The notes beneath the pieces were generated by a model. That model did not search any database, was not told the origin of the DNA, and was given only the letters and a program-made list of their open reading frames with translations. Shown here in pieces: positions 1 through 11,141 of a DNA stretch of 64,000 nucleotides. The translations under genes and the position numbers were made by a program. The DNA is from a phage, in sequence record PZ452581.1. One strand, 5' to 3'. Numbering within the stretch: position 1 is the first letter of the stretch; every line of letters starts with the position of its first letter.

Positions 1-747
1 ATATGGATTATATGGATGTGTATAATATGGATTATACGGATTAAATCCAGGAGTTCTCCAGGTAGTGTTCCAACGAAAAGAATCGTTTTTAACCATCTTC
101 TCAATTACATCTTTTATAGCTTTTTCACTATCAAAACTTTCTTTATTTTCCTTCGGTGAAAAAAGCTTATTTTCTACATCATTCCATGTATAAACTCGCT
201 GAGCGGTTTTTGGAATATTGTCACGCTCTCCTCGCGCCATCCAATAAACAGGAACATTTAATATTTCACTCGCATGATCGCAATGGTGAGCGAGATCGTC
301 AATGTAACAAATTACGTTATATTTCTCTTTTGCCTTTTTGAACAACTCTTCTTTTGAAGAATCATGACCACACATCATTACTTCTGAGAAGGCACCAGGA
401 AAAAGAGCATTCAAATTAAATTGACGATTCAACAGAGCGTCAATAGAATCACCCAATGCTGTAACAGCTACAAAATTATAATCTTCTTTTAATTTGTTAA
501 TTACACACAGTGCATCTTTATATGGAGACAAATAACGAATAAAATCTGATCGATTATATTTTTCAATTAACTTGACACCAAGTTCTTCATCACAATTAAA
601 GAGTTTACCCGGAGAAATAAATTTCTCATCTTGGATCATTTTTAAAATATGTTCTAACGGAAGATTATATTTCTGAGCAAAATAAGGAAGGCCTGATTGC
701 CAGCTTAAACATACTCCATCAATATCAGTCAAAATAGTAGGCTTCAT
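1..747 (-). CDS. HAD-like hydrolase/phosphatase-family protein; C-terminal part lies outside window
   Basis: ATG at 745-747 (minus) overlaps stop of upstream ORF (ATGA). I translated the frame by hand: open for 249 codons to the window edge. N-terminal ILTDIDGV resembles HAD motif I, later VICYIDD; Asn-Pro-Tyr repeats encoded at 1-60. Absent from ORF track because no stop in window. Confidence 0.6.
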   Translation of the reverse strand, partial: MKPTILTDIDGVCLSWQSGLPYFAQKYNLPLEHILKMIQDEKFISPGKLFNCDEELGVKLIEKYNRSDFIRYLSPYKDALCVINKLKEDYNFVAVTALGDSIDALLNRQFNLNALFPGAFSEVMMCGHDSSKEELFKKAKEKYNVICYIDDLAHHCDHASEILNVPVYWMARGERDNIPKTAQRVYTWNDVENKLFSPKENKESFDSEKAIKDVIEKMVKNDSFRWNTTWRTPGFNPYNPYYTHPYNPY

Positions 748-1208
748 AGAGAGTCTCTTAATAGGTTTAACACATCAATAAATTCAGCTTCGGTTAGTAT
801 TGTATCATCTTTTGTTAGACCACTAGCCATGCTGTGCTTCAAAACTTTTCCTTTCGAGGCTTGTAATGCATCACGAAAGCCCCTGTTTTGGATCGCTGCT
901 TCAAAATATGCATTTGTGTATAATTCTTTCCACGCCGGGGAGTATCTTGAAAACGGAACTCCAAGCCAGAACAACGTGCCACGATCCTGAGCTCTAGCAT
1001 AAGACCTTCCAGCTTGTTGAGCGGCAAGCCCGGATAACCCAAATATACGTCTTTGCTGTTCAACATTTTTCACCTTACACCCTTGGAGGAATCCTTCGAG
1101 ACCTCCAAATTGAATACCATCCATAACGAAAGGCCATTGGGCGAAATTACTTAATGCACATGATGGCCATTTAAAATTGCTTCTTATCTCTAGCTCAGAC
1201 ATTTTCAA
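744..1208 (-). CDS. NADAR (YbiA/DUF1768)-like protein
   Basis: 154-aa ORF; segment LSNFAQWPFVMDGIQFGGLEGFLQGCK resembles the E. coli YbiA core FSNFAAWPIKVDGKTWPTSEHYFQAQK (recalled from memory); co-oriented and overlapping neighbours. Confidence 0.55.
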   Translation of the reverse strand: MKMSELEIRSNFKWPSCALSNFAQWPFVMDGIQFGGLEGFLQGCKVKNVEQQRRIFGLSGLAAQQAGRSYARAQDRGTLFWLGVPFSRYSPAWKELYTNAYFEAAIQNRGFRDALQASKGKVLKHSMASGLTKDDTILTEAEFIDVLNLLRDSL

Positions 1209-1401
1209 TACTTATAATTTCAACATCAGCCCAATGACCATAGCAAGGAAGACGAAATTCAACTGGCCAGTTAGGGTCCTTTTCTAATATAATAGACTGA
1301 ACTTGTGGCTCTTCATATTCATCGGTATACGGACCTTTATACGTTACTTTATATGTGACCTTAATGTACTGAATTCCAAAAATCTTATTAATTATATTCA
1401 T
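1195..1401 (-). CDS. hypothetical early protein
   Basis: 68-aa ORF, overlaps neighbours by a few nt in a co-oriented array. Confidence 0.5.
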   Translation of the reverse strand: MNIINKIFGIQYIKVTYKVTYKGPYTDEYEEPQVQSIILEKDPNWPVEFRLPCYGHWADVEIISIENV

Positions 1402-1595
1402 ACTAATTCCTTTAATCCGTAAATAGGAGATAATTCATCACCCATACGAAGGTCTTCATTTCCATCTACCCAGGAAACAATATAAGCCTCTTTTATTTGA
1501 ATACCACTCCATTTAAATGGAGGTAGAACCTTAGAAATTAATCCAGGTATACCAACTCCCTTTAATTCAACAGTTTGACCTAAAAAGAATTTCAT
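1398..1595 (-). CDS. hypothetical early protein
   Basis: 65-aa ORF, 4-nt overlap with downstream ORF. Confidence 0.5.
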   Translation of the reverse strand: MKFFLGQTVELKGVGIPGLISKVLPPFKWSGIQIKEAYIVSWVDGNEDLRMGDELSPIYGLKELV

Positions 1596-1882
1596 TAGAA
1601 CCTCATCTGAAAACCATGCGATTTAACATTACCGCCGCCAATATCAGAAATGTTAATTTCACGCGCAATTGAAGGGTCAATGTCAATTTCACGATTAAGT
1701 TTAGTGATAGCTAAAGTATCGCGGCCATTTACAGTACGGAACTCTAAAGGGCAGACTACATTAACATAGTTTTTAATCGATTCACTAGTAGGCTGCAAAT
1801 GAGCAGGAAGGTCTTTAGGTGCCTTAGAGAAAACCACTTCACAGAAATTTTTGCGGGTATCAAAATAAGTAGTCATAAACAT
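1595..1882 (-). CDS. hypothetical early protein
   Basis: 95-aa ORF; GAGGAAAA Shine-Dalgarno before ATG; UUCG-loop hairpin just upstream on the transcript. Confidence 0.55.
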   Translation of the reverse strand: MFMTTYFDTRKNFCEVVFSKAPKDLPAHLQPTSESIKNYVNVVCPLEFRTVNGRDTLAITKLNREIDIDPSIAREINISDIGGGNVKSHGFQMRF

Positions 1883-1923
1883 AGTATTTTCCTCAGTAAG
1901 GGGCCGAAGCCCCTCATTTTATT

Positions 1924-2289
1924 TTAAATATCAAATTCGTTAAGAACTACATCAAAGATTGCTTCCAGATGCTCAGGTTTAGCTCTGTTACTCAGAATAT
2001 GACGAATCCAAGTTTTAACCAGAAGCTTGCGATTAACGCCATTCCAGCAAGGATGAGTCCCTAAATCGCGTTGACGAAAATCATCATCCAATGCGATTTT
2101 AAAAGAAGAACCTTCTTTCGTGATTGAAACCGTGATGCCATTTTCAAATCGCATATAAACGTAGTTAGGAGTCATATACTGTTCAATTTCGCATACTGAT
2201 CCATTTTGATGTTTCCAAAGGCAGATAGTATCAATAGAACCTGCAATACCGTTAGAAACATATTTACGTTCAAAGTTGATGTAATTCAT
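1924..2289 (-). CDS. hypothetical early protein
   Basis: 121-aa ORF; early-promoter-like motif (GTTTAC on minus) at 2350-2355 upstream. Confidence 0.55.
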   Translation of the reverse strand: MNYINFERKYVSNGIAGSIDTICLWKHQNGSVCEIEQYMTPNYVYMRFENGITVSITKEGSSFKIALDDDFRQRDLGTHPCWNGVNRKLLVKTWIRHILSNRAKPEHLEAIFDVVLNEFDI

Positions 2290-2359
2290 TTTTATTCTCC
2301 GAGATGTTTAATTGCGGTACAAGTATATAATATCATATCCTGTACCAAAGTAAACTATT

Positions 2360-2728
2360 TTATGCAACTTTAATCCAATTATCTAAATTTAATTCACCTT
2401 TGGCTTTCATTTTTTCAATCAAGAGGTCAGCGGTAATACGACCATTTTGATACCACGTAACATCTTCAGAGTAACCAGTTTCTTTATCTTCATAAGTCTC
2501 GCAGCGAATTTTACCAAGAATCAAAGTTTTTAATTCGTATGTATCTCCAGTAAAAAAGTTAGTTAACATTATTTTCCAAGAGAAATCATCAGAAGGACCT
2601 TCAGGAGTCATACAATCTACGAATTCAAATTGTTCTTTGTATAAGTGCCACTGAAGTTCTTTAGTTTCGATAGCTTTATAGCCGTCGTGATCTTTACCTT
2701 TGATGTATGAGTTAAGATTGATTTTCAT
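2360..2728 (-). CDS. hypothetical early protein
   Basis: 122-aa ORF; early-promoter-like motif at 2780-2785 upstream. Confidence 0.55.
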   Translation of the reverse strand: MKINLNSYIKGKDHDGYKAIETKELQWHLYKEQFEFVDCMTPEGPSDDFSWKIMLTNFFTGDTYELKTLILGKIRCETYEDKETGYSEDVTWYQNGRITADLLIEKMKAKGELNLDNWIKVA

Positions 2729-2805
2729 TTTATTCTCCTTTGTTTGTGTAAGATAATACTATCACAAAGGAACCATACTGTAAACAACTTTGTGCAATCT
2801 TTGGA

Positions 2806-2833
2806 AAATAAAAAAGGACTCCCGAAGGAGTCC
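2806..2833 (-). terminator. intrinsic terminator (GGACTCC-UUCG-GGAGTCC stem-loop plus U-run)
   Basis: Perfect 7-bp stem with tetraloop at 2816-2833, A-run on plus strand 2806-2815 (U-run on minus transcript), 5 nt after stop of basic-protein ORF. Confidence 0.7.
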
Positions 2834-2838
2834 TCAAC

Positions 2839-3015
2839 TTATGCTTTCTGCTTACCAAAACGAGAAGCATCATCTCGAAGAACCGCACGTGCTCGGCGCA
2901 TGATCTTCTCAACAGTTTGATTGATACGAGAGTTCGACCCACGCTTGTAACCAGCGCGTTTAGAATCACCAACTTTCTTTTCAACTGCTTTCTTTGCTTT
3001 AGCTTGTTTTGCCAT
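2839..3015 (-). CDS. small lysine/arginine-rich basic protein (about 58 aa; alternative start at 3057)
   Basis: Track ORF 2839-3057; internal ATG at 3015 gives MAKQAKAKKAVEKK...; followed by intrinsic terminator. Confidence 0.5.
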   Translation of the reverse strand: MAKQAKAKKAVEKKVGDSKRAGYKRGSNSRINQTVEKIMRRARAVLRDDASRFGKQKA

Positions 3016-3134
3016 TATAAATTCTCTTTTAAATGAAAATGCAGGACTTATTGGCATTGCCTGCGAAAGCCCTCAAGGGGTACTTAGGTTTTGAATATTT
3101 ACCGACAGGATAACCATAAACCTCGTCAACATAA

Positions 3135-3383
3135 TTACTTCAGTGTTACCACAAAGTGACGAACTGCTTTTCGTGCAGCAGAAGCCAGAGGCTTAGCATA
3201 TTTAAGTTCATCTTTTTCCTGAAGCTCAGCAGCTAGTGCAGTTTGAGCAGGATTCAGATGTTTGAAATAACGCAGGATTTCAAGAGCTTCGGCTTCAACA
3301 TCAATAGATGCGCCATAGTTTTCGTGACCATTATTCCATGCGTTTCGTTGCAGTTCAAGAGCGTGTTGTAATTGTTTAATCAT
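3135..3383 (-). CDS. rIII: rIII lysis-inhibition accessory protein
   Basis: 82 aa, position between 30.x block and gene 31 as in T4. Confidence 0.75.
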   Translation of the reverse strand: MIKQLQHALELQRNAWNNGHENYGASIDVEAEALEILRYFKHLNPAQTALAAELQEKDELKYAKPLASAARKAVRHFVVTLK

Positions 3384-3522
3384 TTAAAAATTCTCGTTAG
3401 AGATTAAAACTCGGTAGTCACGTTCTTCTGAATTTCATCTTCTTTCGACAGATCTCTCAGTTGTAGACTACCACATAGAATTGTTCGGTTAACTTATTAT
3501 TCCGACACCCAATTCATATTAT

Positions 3523-3530
3523 TATTTATA
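3523..3530 (-). promoter_or_regulatory. late promoter-like TATAAATA
   Basis: Exact TATAAATA on minus strand immediately downstream of gene 31 stop. Confidence 0.4.
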
Positions 3531-3866
3531 TCACTTATAAAGACACGGAATAGCTTTATAGTGACAGGTAACAAATTTTTGTTTAATTTCTTTTGGCTTC
3601 TTAAGACCCAGAGCTACAAAAGGATGTGGAACGTTTCGAATTTGACCAACTGGAAGAGAAGTCAAATCACCAACTTCACAGAAACCTTCAGGAACATCAG
3701 GACCAACAGAGTGAACTACACACAGTTCAGGAACTTCACCTTGGACACGTTTACCAATAATAAGTCCTGATTCTGTAACTTCTTCATCACCGGCTTGTGC
3801 AGGTTCAGAAACTAAAATAACATATTCACCGACAGCACGAATTGGTAGCTGTTGTACTTCAGACAT
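3531..3866 (-). CDS. 31: gp31 co-chaperonin (GroES analogue for capsid folding)
   Basis: 111 aa; sequence [30 protein letters not shown]... recognised as T4 gp31. Confidence 0.9.
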   Translation of the reverse strand: MSEVQQLPIRAVGEYVILVSEPAQAGDEEVTESGLIIGKRVQGEVPELCVVHSVGPDVPEGFCEVGDLTSLPVGQIRNVPHPFVALGLKKPKEIKQKFVTCHYKAIPCLYK

Positions 3867-3922
3867 CGTTTTTCCTTTTTGTTAACAGATGAATTAATAA
3901 TAACAAATAATTCTTAAAGCAT

Positions 3923-4231
3923 TTATTTACCAATAAATTGAAGCAAATGCTCAACTTTCATGCCATTAACGGAAATCAATTTGTCAATAGAAAAACCTCG
4001 CCATGCACCGAGTTCAACATCAAATATCGGAATCATATCAGTAGATTCTTTCCGAGTAGATTCAGTCAATTTACCGGTTTGCATGGTTGGCATAAAGTCT
4101 GCATCACGAGTACCTTTCATAGTACGAATAGTACCATCAGACTTTTCAAAAACCACGTTTGAAATACCCATGGACAATTTAGTTTTCAAAATTTCACGAA
4201 TTGCTACTTTCTGTTCAGTTGTCAGTTTCAT
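3923..4231 (-). CDS. hypothetical protein (31.1-like position)
   Basis: 102-aa ORF between cd and 31. Confidence 0.55.
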   Translation of the reverse strand: MKLTTEQKVAIREILKTKLSMGISNVVFEKSDGTIRTMKGTRDADFMPTMQTGKLTESTRKESTDMIPIFDVELGAWRGFSIDKLISVNGMKVEHLLQFIGK

Positions 4232-4468
4232 TTATTTACCTATTACAGTTTTAATATGAGTTGTTCCACGTTCTTTAAGAGTGGAAAGCAACTTTTGGCA
4301 TTTTTCTAAATCAGATTTCCAACTATACGGCCTATCAATACAAACCCATTCTGACTTATAATACTGTTTCCATTTAGAGAAAAAATATTTCTTATACTCT
4401 ACAGCAAATGAAATGTTCTCGTTAGAATAAGAACTAATTGCTGTGAGCTGTACCAAACGAAATTTCAT
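4232..4468 (-). CDS. hypothetical protein (31.2-like position)
   Basis: 78-aa ORF abutting cd stop. Confidence 0.5.
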   Translation of the reverse strand: MKFRLVQLTAISSYSNENISFAVEYKKYFFSKWKQYYKSEWVCIDRPYSWKSDLEKCQKLLSTLKERGTTHIKTVIGK

Positions 4469-5049
4469 TATTCACCACAGAATTCGTTGATATTTTCCCA
4501 ATTTAACTTATTTAAGTTTTTCTTAGGAACATTAAACACTTCAATACCCGCATTTCGCAGAATATCATCCCAGCCAGGTTTATTTTTATCGTATGTTTCG
4601 CAATAAACCAGCTTTTTAATTCCAGATTGAGCTATCGCTTTTGCACAATCTGGGCAAGGAGAAAGTGTTACATACATAGTAGCACCTTCAATTGAAGAAC
4701 CATTTCGCGCAGCAAACAAAATCGCATTTAGTTCAGCATGAATTTCATTTTTAGACGACCACTCAGAGTGAGCACTACGATGTTCTTTCGCCAAGACAAA
4801 ACGATCAGTTGAACCAAATGATACACATTCAGGCTTATGACCTTGAATGATAGTATGTTTAGGCTTATTCAGCAACCAACCTTGCTCAGCAGCATAATCG
4901 CAGCAATTCACACCCCCGGCAGGTGAACCATTATATCCGGTAGAAATAATACGTCCATTCTTTTCAATTACCGCTCCTACCTTCCAGGAGCAACATTTTG
5001 ATTCTTGTGATACTAAATATGCAATTTGAAGTACTGTACTCGCTTTCAT
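4468..5049 (-). CDS. cd: dCMP deaminase
   Basis: 193 aa; cytidine/dCMP deaminase zinc motifs (HAE...PCxxC: HAELNAILF, SPCPDCAKAI). Confidence 0.9.
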   Translation of the reverse strand: MKASTVLQIAYLVSQESKCCSWKVGAVIEKNGRIISTGYNGSPAGGVNCCDYAAEQGWLLNKPKHTIIQGHKPECVSFGSTDRFVLAKEHRSAHSEWSSKNEIHAELNAILFAARNGSSIEGATMYVTLSPCPDCAKAIAQSGIKKLVYCETYDKNKPGWDDILRNAGIEVFNVPKKNLNKLNWENINEFCGE

Positions 5050-5384
5050 TTCATAATCACCAGATAAGCAGATTTAGCAGTTTCAACACGATAAATTTCG
5101 TGACGAAGTTTAGTTATACTTTTAATAACAGAACTAATTATATTCTGCCCATCTTTAAAGCGGTTTTTCTTATCAATAAAAATTGCACCAACCATCTTTT
5201 TGTGAAGCTCAACCGGATACTTCGTCACAATAATAGCATCATACACAGAAGGATGAATACTATTCACTAGAGTATCATTCATTAAAGTTATTCTAATGAA
5301 CTGTGCTGTTTCAGAGTCAAGCGCTCTATGATCACCAGTATCATTTTCAAGACAATTATCAATTATATCAGTTAAATTCATCAT
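5046..5384 (-). CDS. hypothetical protein (cd.x block)
   Basis: 112-aa ORF, ATGA-type overlap with cd. Confidence 0.55.
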   Translation of the reverse strand: MMNLTDIIDNCLENDTGDHRALDSETAQFIRITLMNDTLVNSIHPSVYDAIIVTKYPVELHKKMVGAIFIDKKNRFKDGQNIISSVIKSITKLRHEIYRVETAKSAYLVIMK

Positions 5385-5617
5385 AGTACGCCATACACCC
5401 TTTGTGCTTCAACTAATCCATCAAAATCCAGTTTAAGATGTGTTATTTGATCACCATCACCTGGATTCACAATTACTAATACTGAACGAGGAGTTTCGGT
5501 AATAACACGAACCGATGTTTCAGGAAATCGTTCAGAAACCTTATTTACCAATTCCTGAGCAAATAGTTTAACTTTTTCTTGGAATTCTTTAACAGTAATT
5601 GGTTTTTCACTTAGCAT
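5381..5617 (-). CDS. hypothetical protein (cd.x block)
   Basis: 78-aa ORF, overlaps neighbours. Confidence 0.55.
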   Translation of the reverse strand: MLSEKPITVKEFQEKVKLFAQELVNKVSERFPETSVRVITETPRSVLVIVNPGDGDQITHLKLDFDGLVEAQRVYGVL

Positions 5618-6138
5618 GTTGATCCCAGCTCCTTACTTTCAACGTTTTTAACTAATTTGACAGAAACTAATTCGGCATCTTGGGTAATCATTACCGGGCC
5701 TTCTTCATACTCTTCAAGATATTCTAGAGCTTTCTTTTTAGCTTCTTCCTTCGTATCAGTTTGAGCATAGATATAGAACATACAACCAGTAATACCTACT
5801 ACTTTCCACTTAATTTCTTTATCAGTTTTAATTTCAAATTTACTGATAGAGTCATCTTTTTGAACTTCTTCGAAAAAATAATATTCTGACATATAAGTAA
5901 TTGAAAATAACGGGCTATCTTTATAAGATTCGCCCATTACATCAACAGCTTTATACCAGCAGTCATCAATTTCACGTTTAATGCTAATAACATTTTTCGC
6001 AGAATCTATTTTTACTTTAAATGAATTTTCCCCAATAAACTTGGCAATTCGTTTATTAGCCCCGCAAGTTTCATTAAAAATATCTTTATATCCAGCTTTA
6101 AAGCGATAAACCTTATCTTCTTCAAACCATTTGCTCAT
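5611..6138 (-). CDS. hypothetical protein (cd.x block)
   Basis: 175-aa ORF; early-promoter motif at 6163-6198 upstream. Confidence 0.6.
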   Translation of the reverse strand: MSKWFEEDKVYRFKAGYKDIFNETCGANKRIAKFIGENSFKVKIDSAKNVISIKREIDDCWYKAVDVMGESYKDSPLFSITYMSEYYFFEEVQKDDSISKFEIKTDKEIKWKVVGITGCMFYIYAQTDTKEEAKKKALEYLEEYEEGPVMITQDAELVSVKLVKNVESKELGSTC

Positions 6139-6200
6139 TTCAATTTCCTCATTTGTTTTGGTAGAGCTATAATATCACAACTCTACCGTAAAGTAAACTG

Positions 6201-6476
6201 TTAAATTGCCTTGAATTCTGATGTCTGTGATTCAAAACGAATATCGCCTTTGATGACTAGCTCAGCATCAAGACCGAATACGACAATGATATGTGCGGAA
6301 CCTGGATACAGCGTAATGGCAATAGAATCAACCTGGTCTGGAAGCAAAGTATTCAATACATGAGTCACTTGAGCATGAATTCGAAGCTCGGCTGCGTTAT
6401 CAAGCTTTTCAAACATATTATTAGCGATAATTTGGCTAAACACTACTTCTACGATTTTAGAATAAGTCGGAAACAT
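6201..6476 (-). CDS. hypothetical protein (cd.x block)
   Basis: 91-aa ORF. Confidence 0.55.
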   Translation of the reverse strand: MFPTYSKIVEVVFSQIIANNMFEKLDNAAELRIHAQVTHVLNTLLPDQVDSIAITLYPGSAHIIVVFGLDAELVIKGDIRFESQTSEFKAI

Positions 6477-6478
6477 AT

Positions 6479-6679
6479 TTACCTCACATAATTTTCTTCA
6501 AGCCAATCAATAACATCCAACGCATTATCAAAAGTTGAACCATCTACTTTATCTTCTGTTTCATAATCAAGAACATCTAAGCCTACTCTTCCATCAACAA
6601 TAGGCCATAAACAAAATAGATATTTCTTTTCTTTTTCAATTTTATCACAAAGACGATAAATCTTTTCTATATTATTCAT
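6479..6679 (-). CDS. hypothetical protein (cd.x block)
   Basis: 66-aa ORF. Confidence 0.5.
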   Translation of the reverse strand: MNNIEKIYRLCDKIEKEKKYLFCLWPIVDGRVGLDVLDYETEDKVDGSTFDNALDVIDWLEENYVR

Positions 6680-6868
6680 AAGTTTTCCATGGTAAAGGCA
6701 GTTTAGTTTTCTTTACTGTTAGTTCAATATCAGGATTCTTTTCTCTTAATTTAAGGCATTCCTCCCAAGCTCTGATTTCACTAGTGAATACACAAAATTG
6801 CCCATTACTAGTACCAACTAAACCACTATTTACAATAACAATAGACCAAGTTTCATGATGCCACGCCA

Positions 6869-6869
<1 letters not shown>
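6672..6869 (-). CDS. hypothetical protein (cd.x block)
   Basis: 65-aa ORF abutting pseT stop. Confidence 0.5.
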
Positions 6870-8094
<1,225 letters not shown>

Positions 8095-8097
8095 TTA

Positions 8098-8328
8098 TTA
8101 TTTCTCAACCAATGATTGAATATAATCATGCAGGTCTTTAGATGCTTTACCCCACTTATTTTGGTATTCATTTTTAAGATTAGCCCGAGATTGAGCTAAT
8201 AAAACATCATTAGTTGGAGGTAAAGATTCTAATCGTTGAATCTGGCGTCCATAAATCATTGCAGCCATCTCGGATTCATAAATCAATCCTTTGAGATGTT
8301 CAAATTGATGCCATGAAATCATTTGCAT
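8098..8328 (-). CDS. hypothetical protein (pseT.x block)
   Basis: 76-aa ORF. Confidence 0.5.
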   Translation of the reverse strand: MQMISWHQFEHLKGLIYESEMAAMIYGRQIQRLESLPPTNDVLLAQSRANLKNEYQNKWGKASKDLHDYIQSLVEK

Positions 8329-8618
8329 TTATCCTCTTTTAACTCTTGGCGATAATAACATATCATAGTTTTCTGATCATGTACATATCGTTTTACATCA
8401 TTAAGCCAAATACGAAATTCCTGAGAATCTTCAAATGGCATACCGACCCAAGCTTTACCGTCAATAACTTTAACCTGCCAAGATAGTTTAGCTTCATCAT
8501 ATGACTTTATTTGCACAGGCCAATTAGGATGAACTGTTTCTTTCTTTACTTCTAGAGGCTTTGTCGAACAACCAACTAGAAGACCAATAGATAATATTAC
8601 TGCTGATAGTTTAATCAT
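8319..8618 (-). CDS. putative lipoprotein
   Basis: 99 aa; N-terminal signal peptide with lipobox LLVGCS. Confidence 0.55.
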   Translation of the reverse strand: MIKLSAVILSIGLLVGCSTKPLEVKKETVHPNWPVQIKSYDEAKLSWQVKVIDGKAWVGMPFEDSQEFRIWLNDVKRYVHDQKTMICYYRQELKEDKCK

Positions 8619-8968
8619 TTAGAAAGGTCCTGGATGTCTTCTGCGAACTTGTTGAAGGAGTTGTTGATTTGTTTTTCAACCAATCCTGGCTTATGAGCCA
8701 CCACATCCGCCTTCTTTGCGTCTTTGCGCAGTTTTTCATTTTCACGCTCAATAGCAGCAATTGCCTCACGATTTTTATTATTCATCGCATCAATATAATT
8801 ATACTGAATTCGCAAATTATTTAATGCTAAAGCGTTTTCATTGGCCGTTTTTGTAATTTCTACAACAGACGTTTCTAATCTTTCAATTTTATTTTTTAAA
8901 ATTAAAGAAGTTCCGCCTAATGCAATTACAATTAATAGCAAGCCTGCTGTCGTATTACTTAATTGCAT
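8615..8968 (-). CDS. putative membrane-anchored coiled-coil protein
   Basis: 117 aa; N-terminal hydrophobic segment AGLLLIVIALGGTSLIL. Confidence 0.5.
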   Translation of the reverse strand: MQLSNTTAGLLLIVIALGGTSLILKNKIERLETSVVEITKTANENALALNNLRIQYNYIDAMNNKNREAIAAIERENEKLRKDAKKADVVAHKPGLVEKQINNSFNKFAEDIQDLSK

Positions 8969-9465
8969 AAAGTTTTAATAACCTCTATAATATCGTCTTG
9001 AGAAAGACCGTTAATTAAAATATGATGTTCAGCCGGAGATTTAGAAATTTTAAAGCATGCCTCAACATCTTCTGCCATATCCGATGCACTACGATTTGGA
9101 TTACTAATTCCAAGACGATGCTTTCCAGTCAAAGGATTAACGATGATATAGCATTTGCAGCTATTGATATGAACATTAGGCTGAGTCTGATTAATGAATA
9201 CTTCGCACTCATACTTAGCGAGTTGATTTTCTAAAAAGACTTTCATCTCCTCAACCGCATCAGGAAGCATATCACGGGCTTGCTCAAGACGACGATTTCG
9301 ATATTCTTTAATGGTCGTTTTCCGCTTGACTTGCTTAGCTAAATCTTTCTTAAGATCGGTGATATATCCAACTCGACGATTTCCTTTGAATACAGAAATC
9401 CCATCTGTAGTATCACCGTATGCTTCAACGACCATTTCAGTAGTAATAAGCTGCAAATCCATCAT
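8959..9465 (-). CDS. alc: Alc-like transcription terminator of cytosine-containing DNA (assignment by size and synteny)
   Basis: 168 aa between pseT block and rnlA, as T4 alc (167 aa); early promoter motif upstream at 9487-9523. Confidence 0.6.
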   Translation of the reverse strand: MMDLQLITTEMVVEAYGDTTDGISVFKGNRRVGYITDLKKDLAKQVKRKTTIKEYRNRRLEQARDMLPDAVEEMKVFLENQLAKYECEVFINQTQPNVHINSCKCYIIVNPLTGKHRLGISNPNRSASDMAEDVEACFKISKSPAEHHILINGLSQDDIIEVIKTLCN

Positions 9466-9526
9466 AAAGTCCTCATGTTATGTCAGTAAGACTACTGTAA
9501 CACAACACGAGGGACTTGTAAACAGC

Positions 9527-11114
<1,588 letters not shown>

Positions 11115-11141
11115 AATAAAATGGGCCTTGCGGCCCACTCC

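Noticed and set aside
2730-2984. 84-aa minus-strand ORF overlapping the basic-protein gene in another frame
   Set aside because: Overlaps 2839-3057 almost entirely, and the early promoter and terminator fall inside it; the alternative frame gives a more plausible product.
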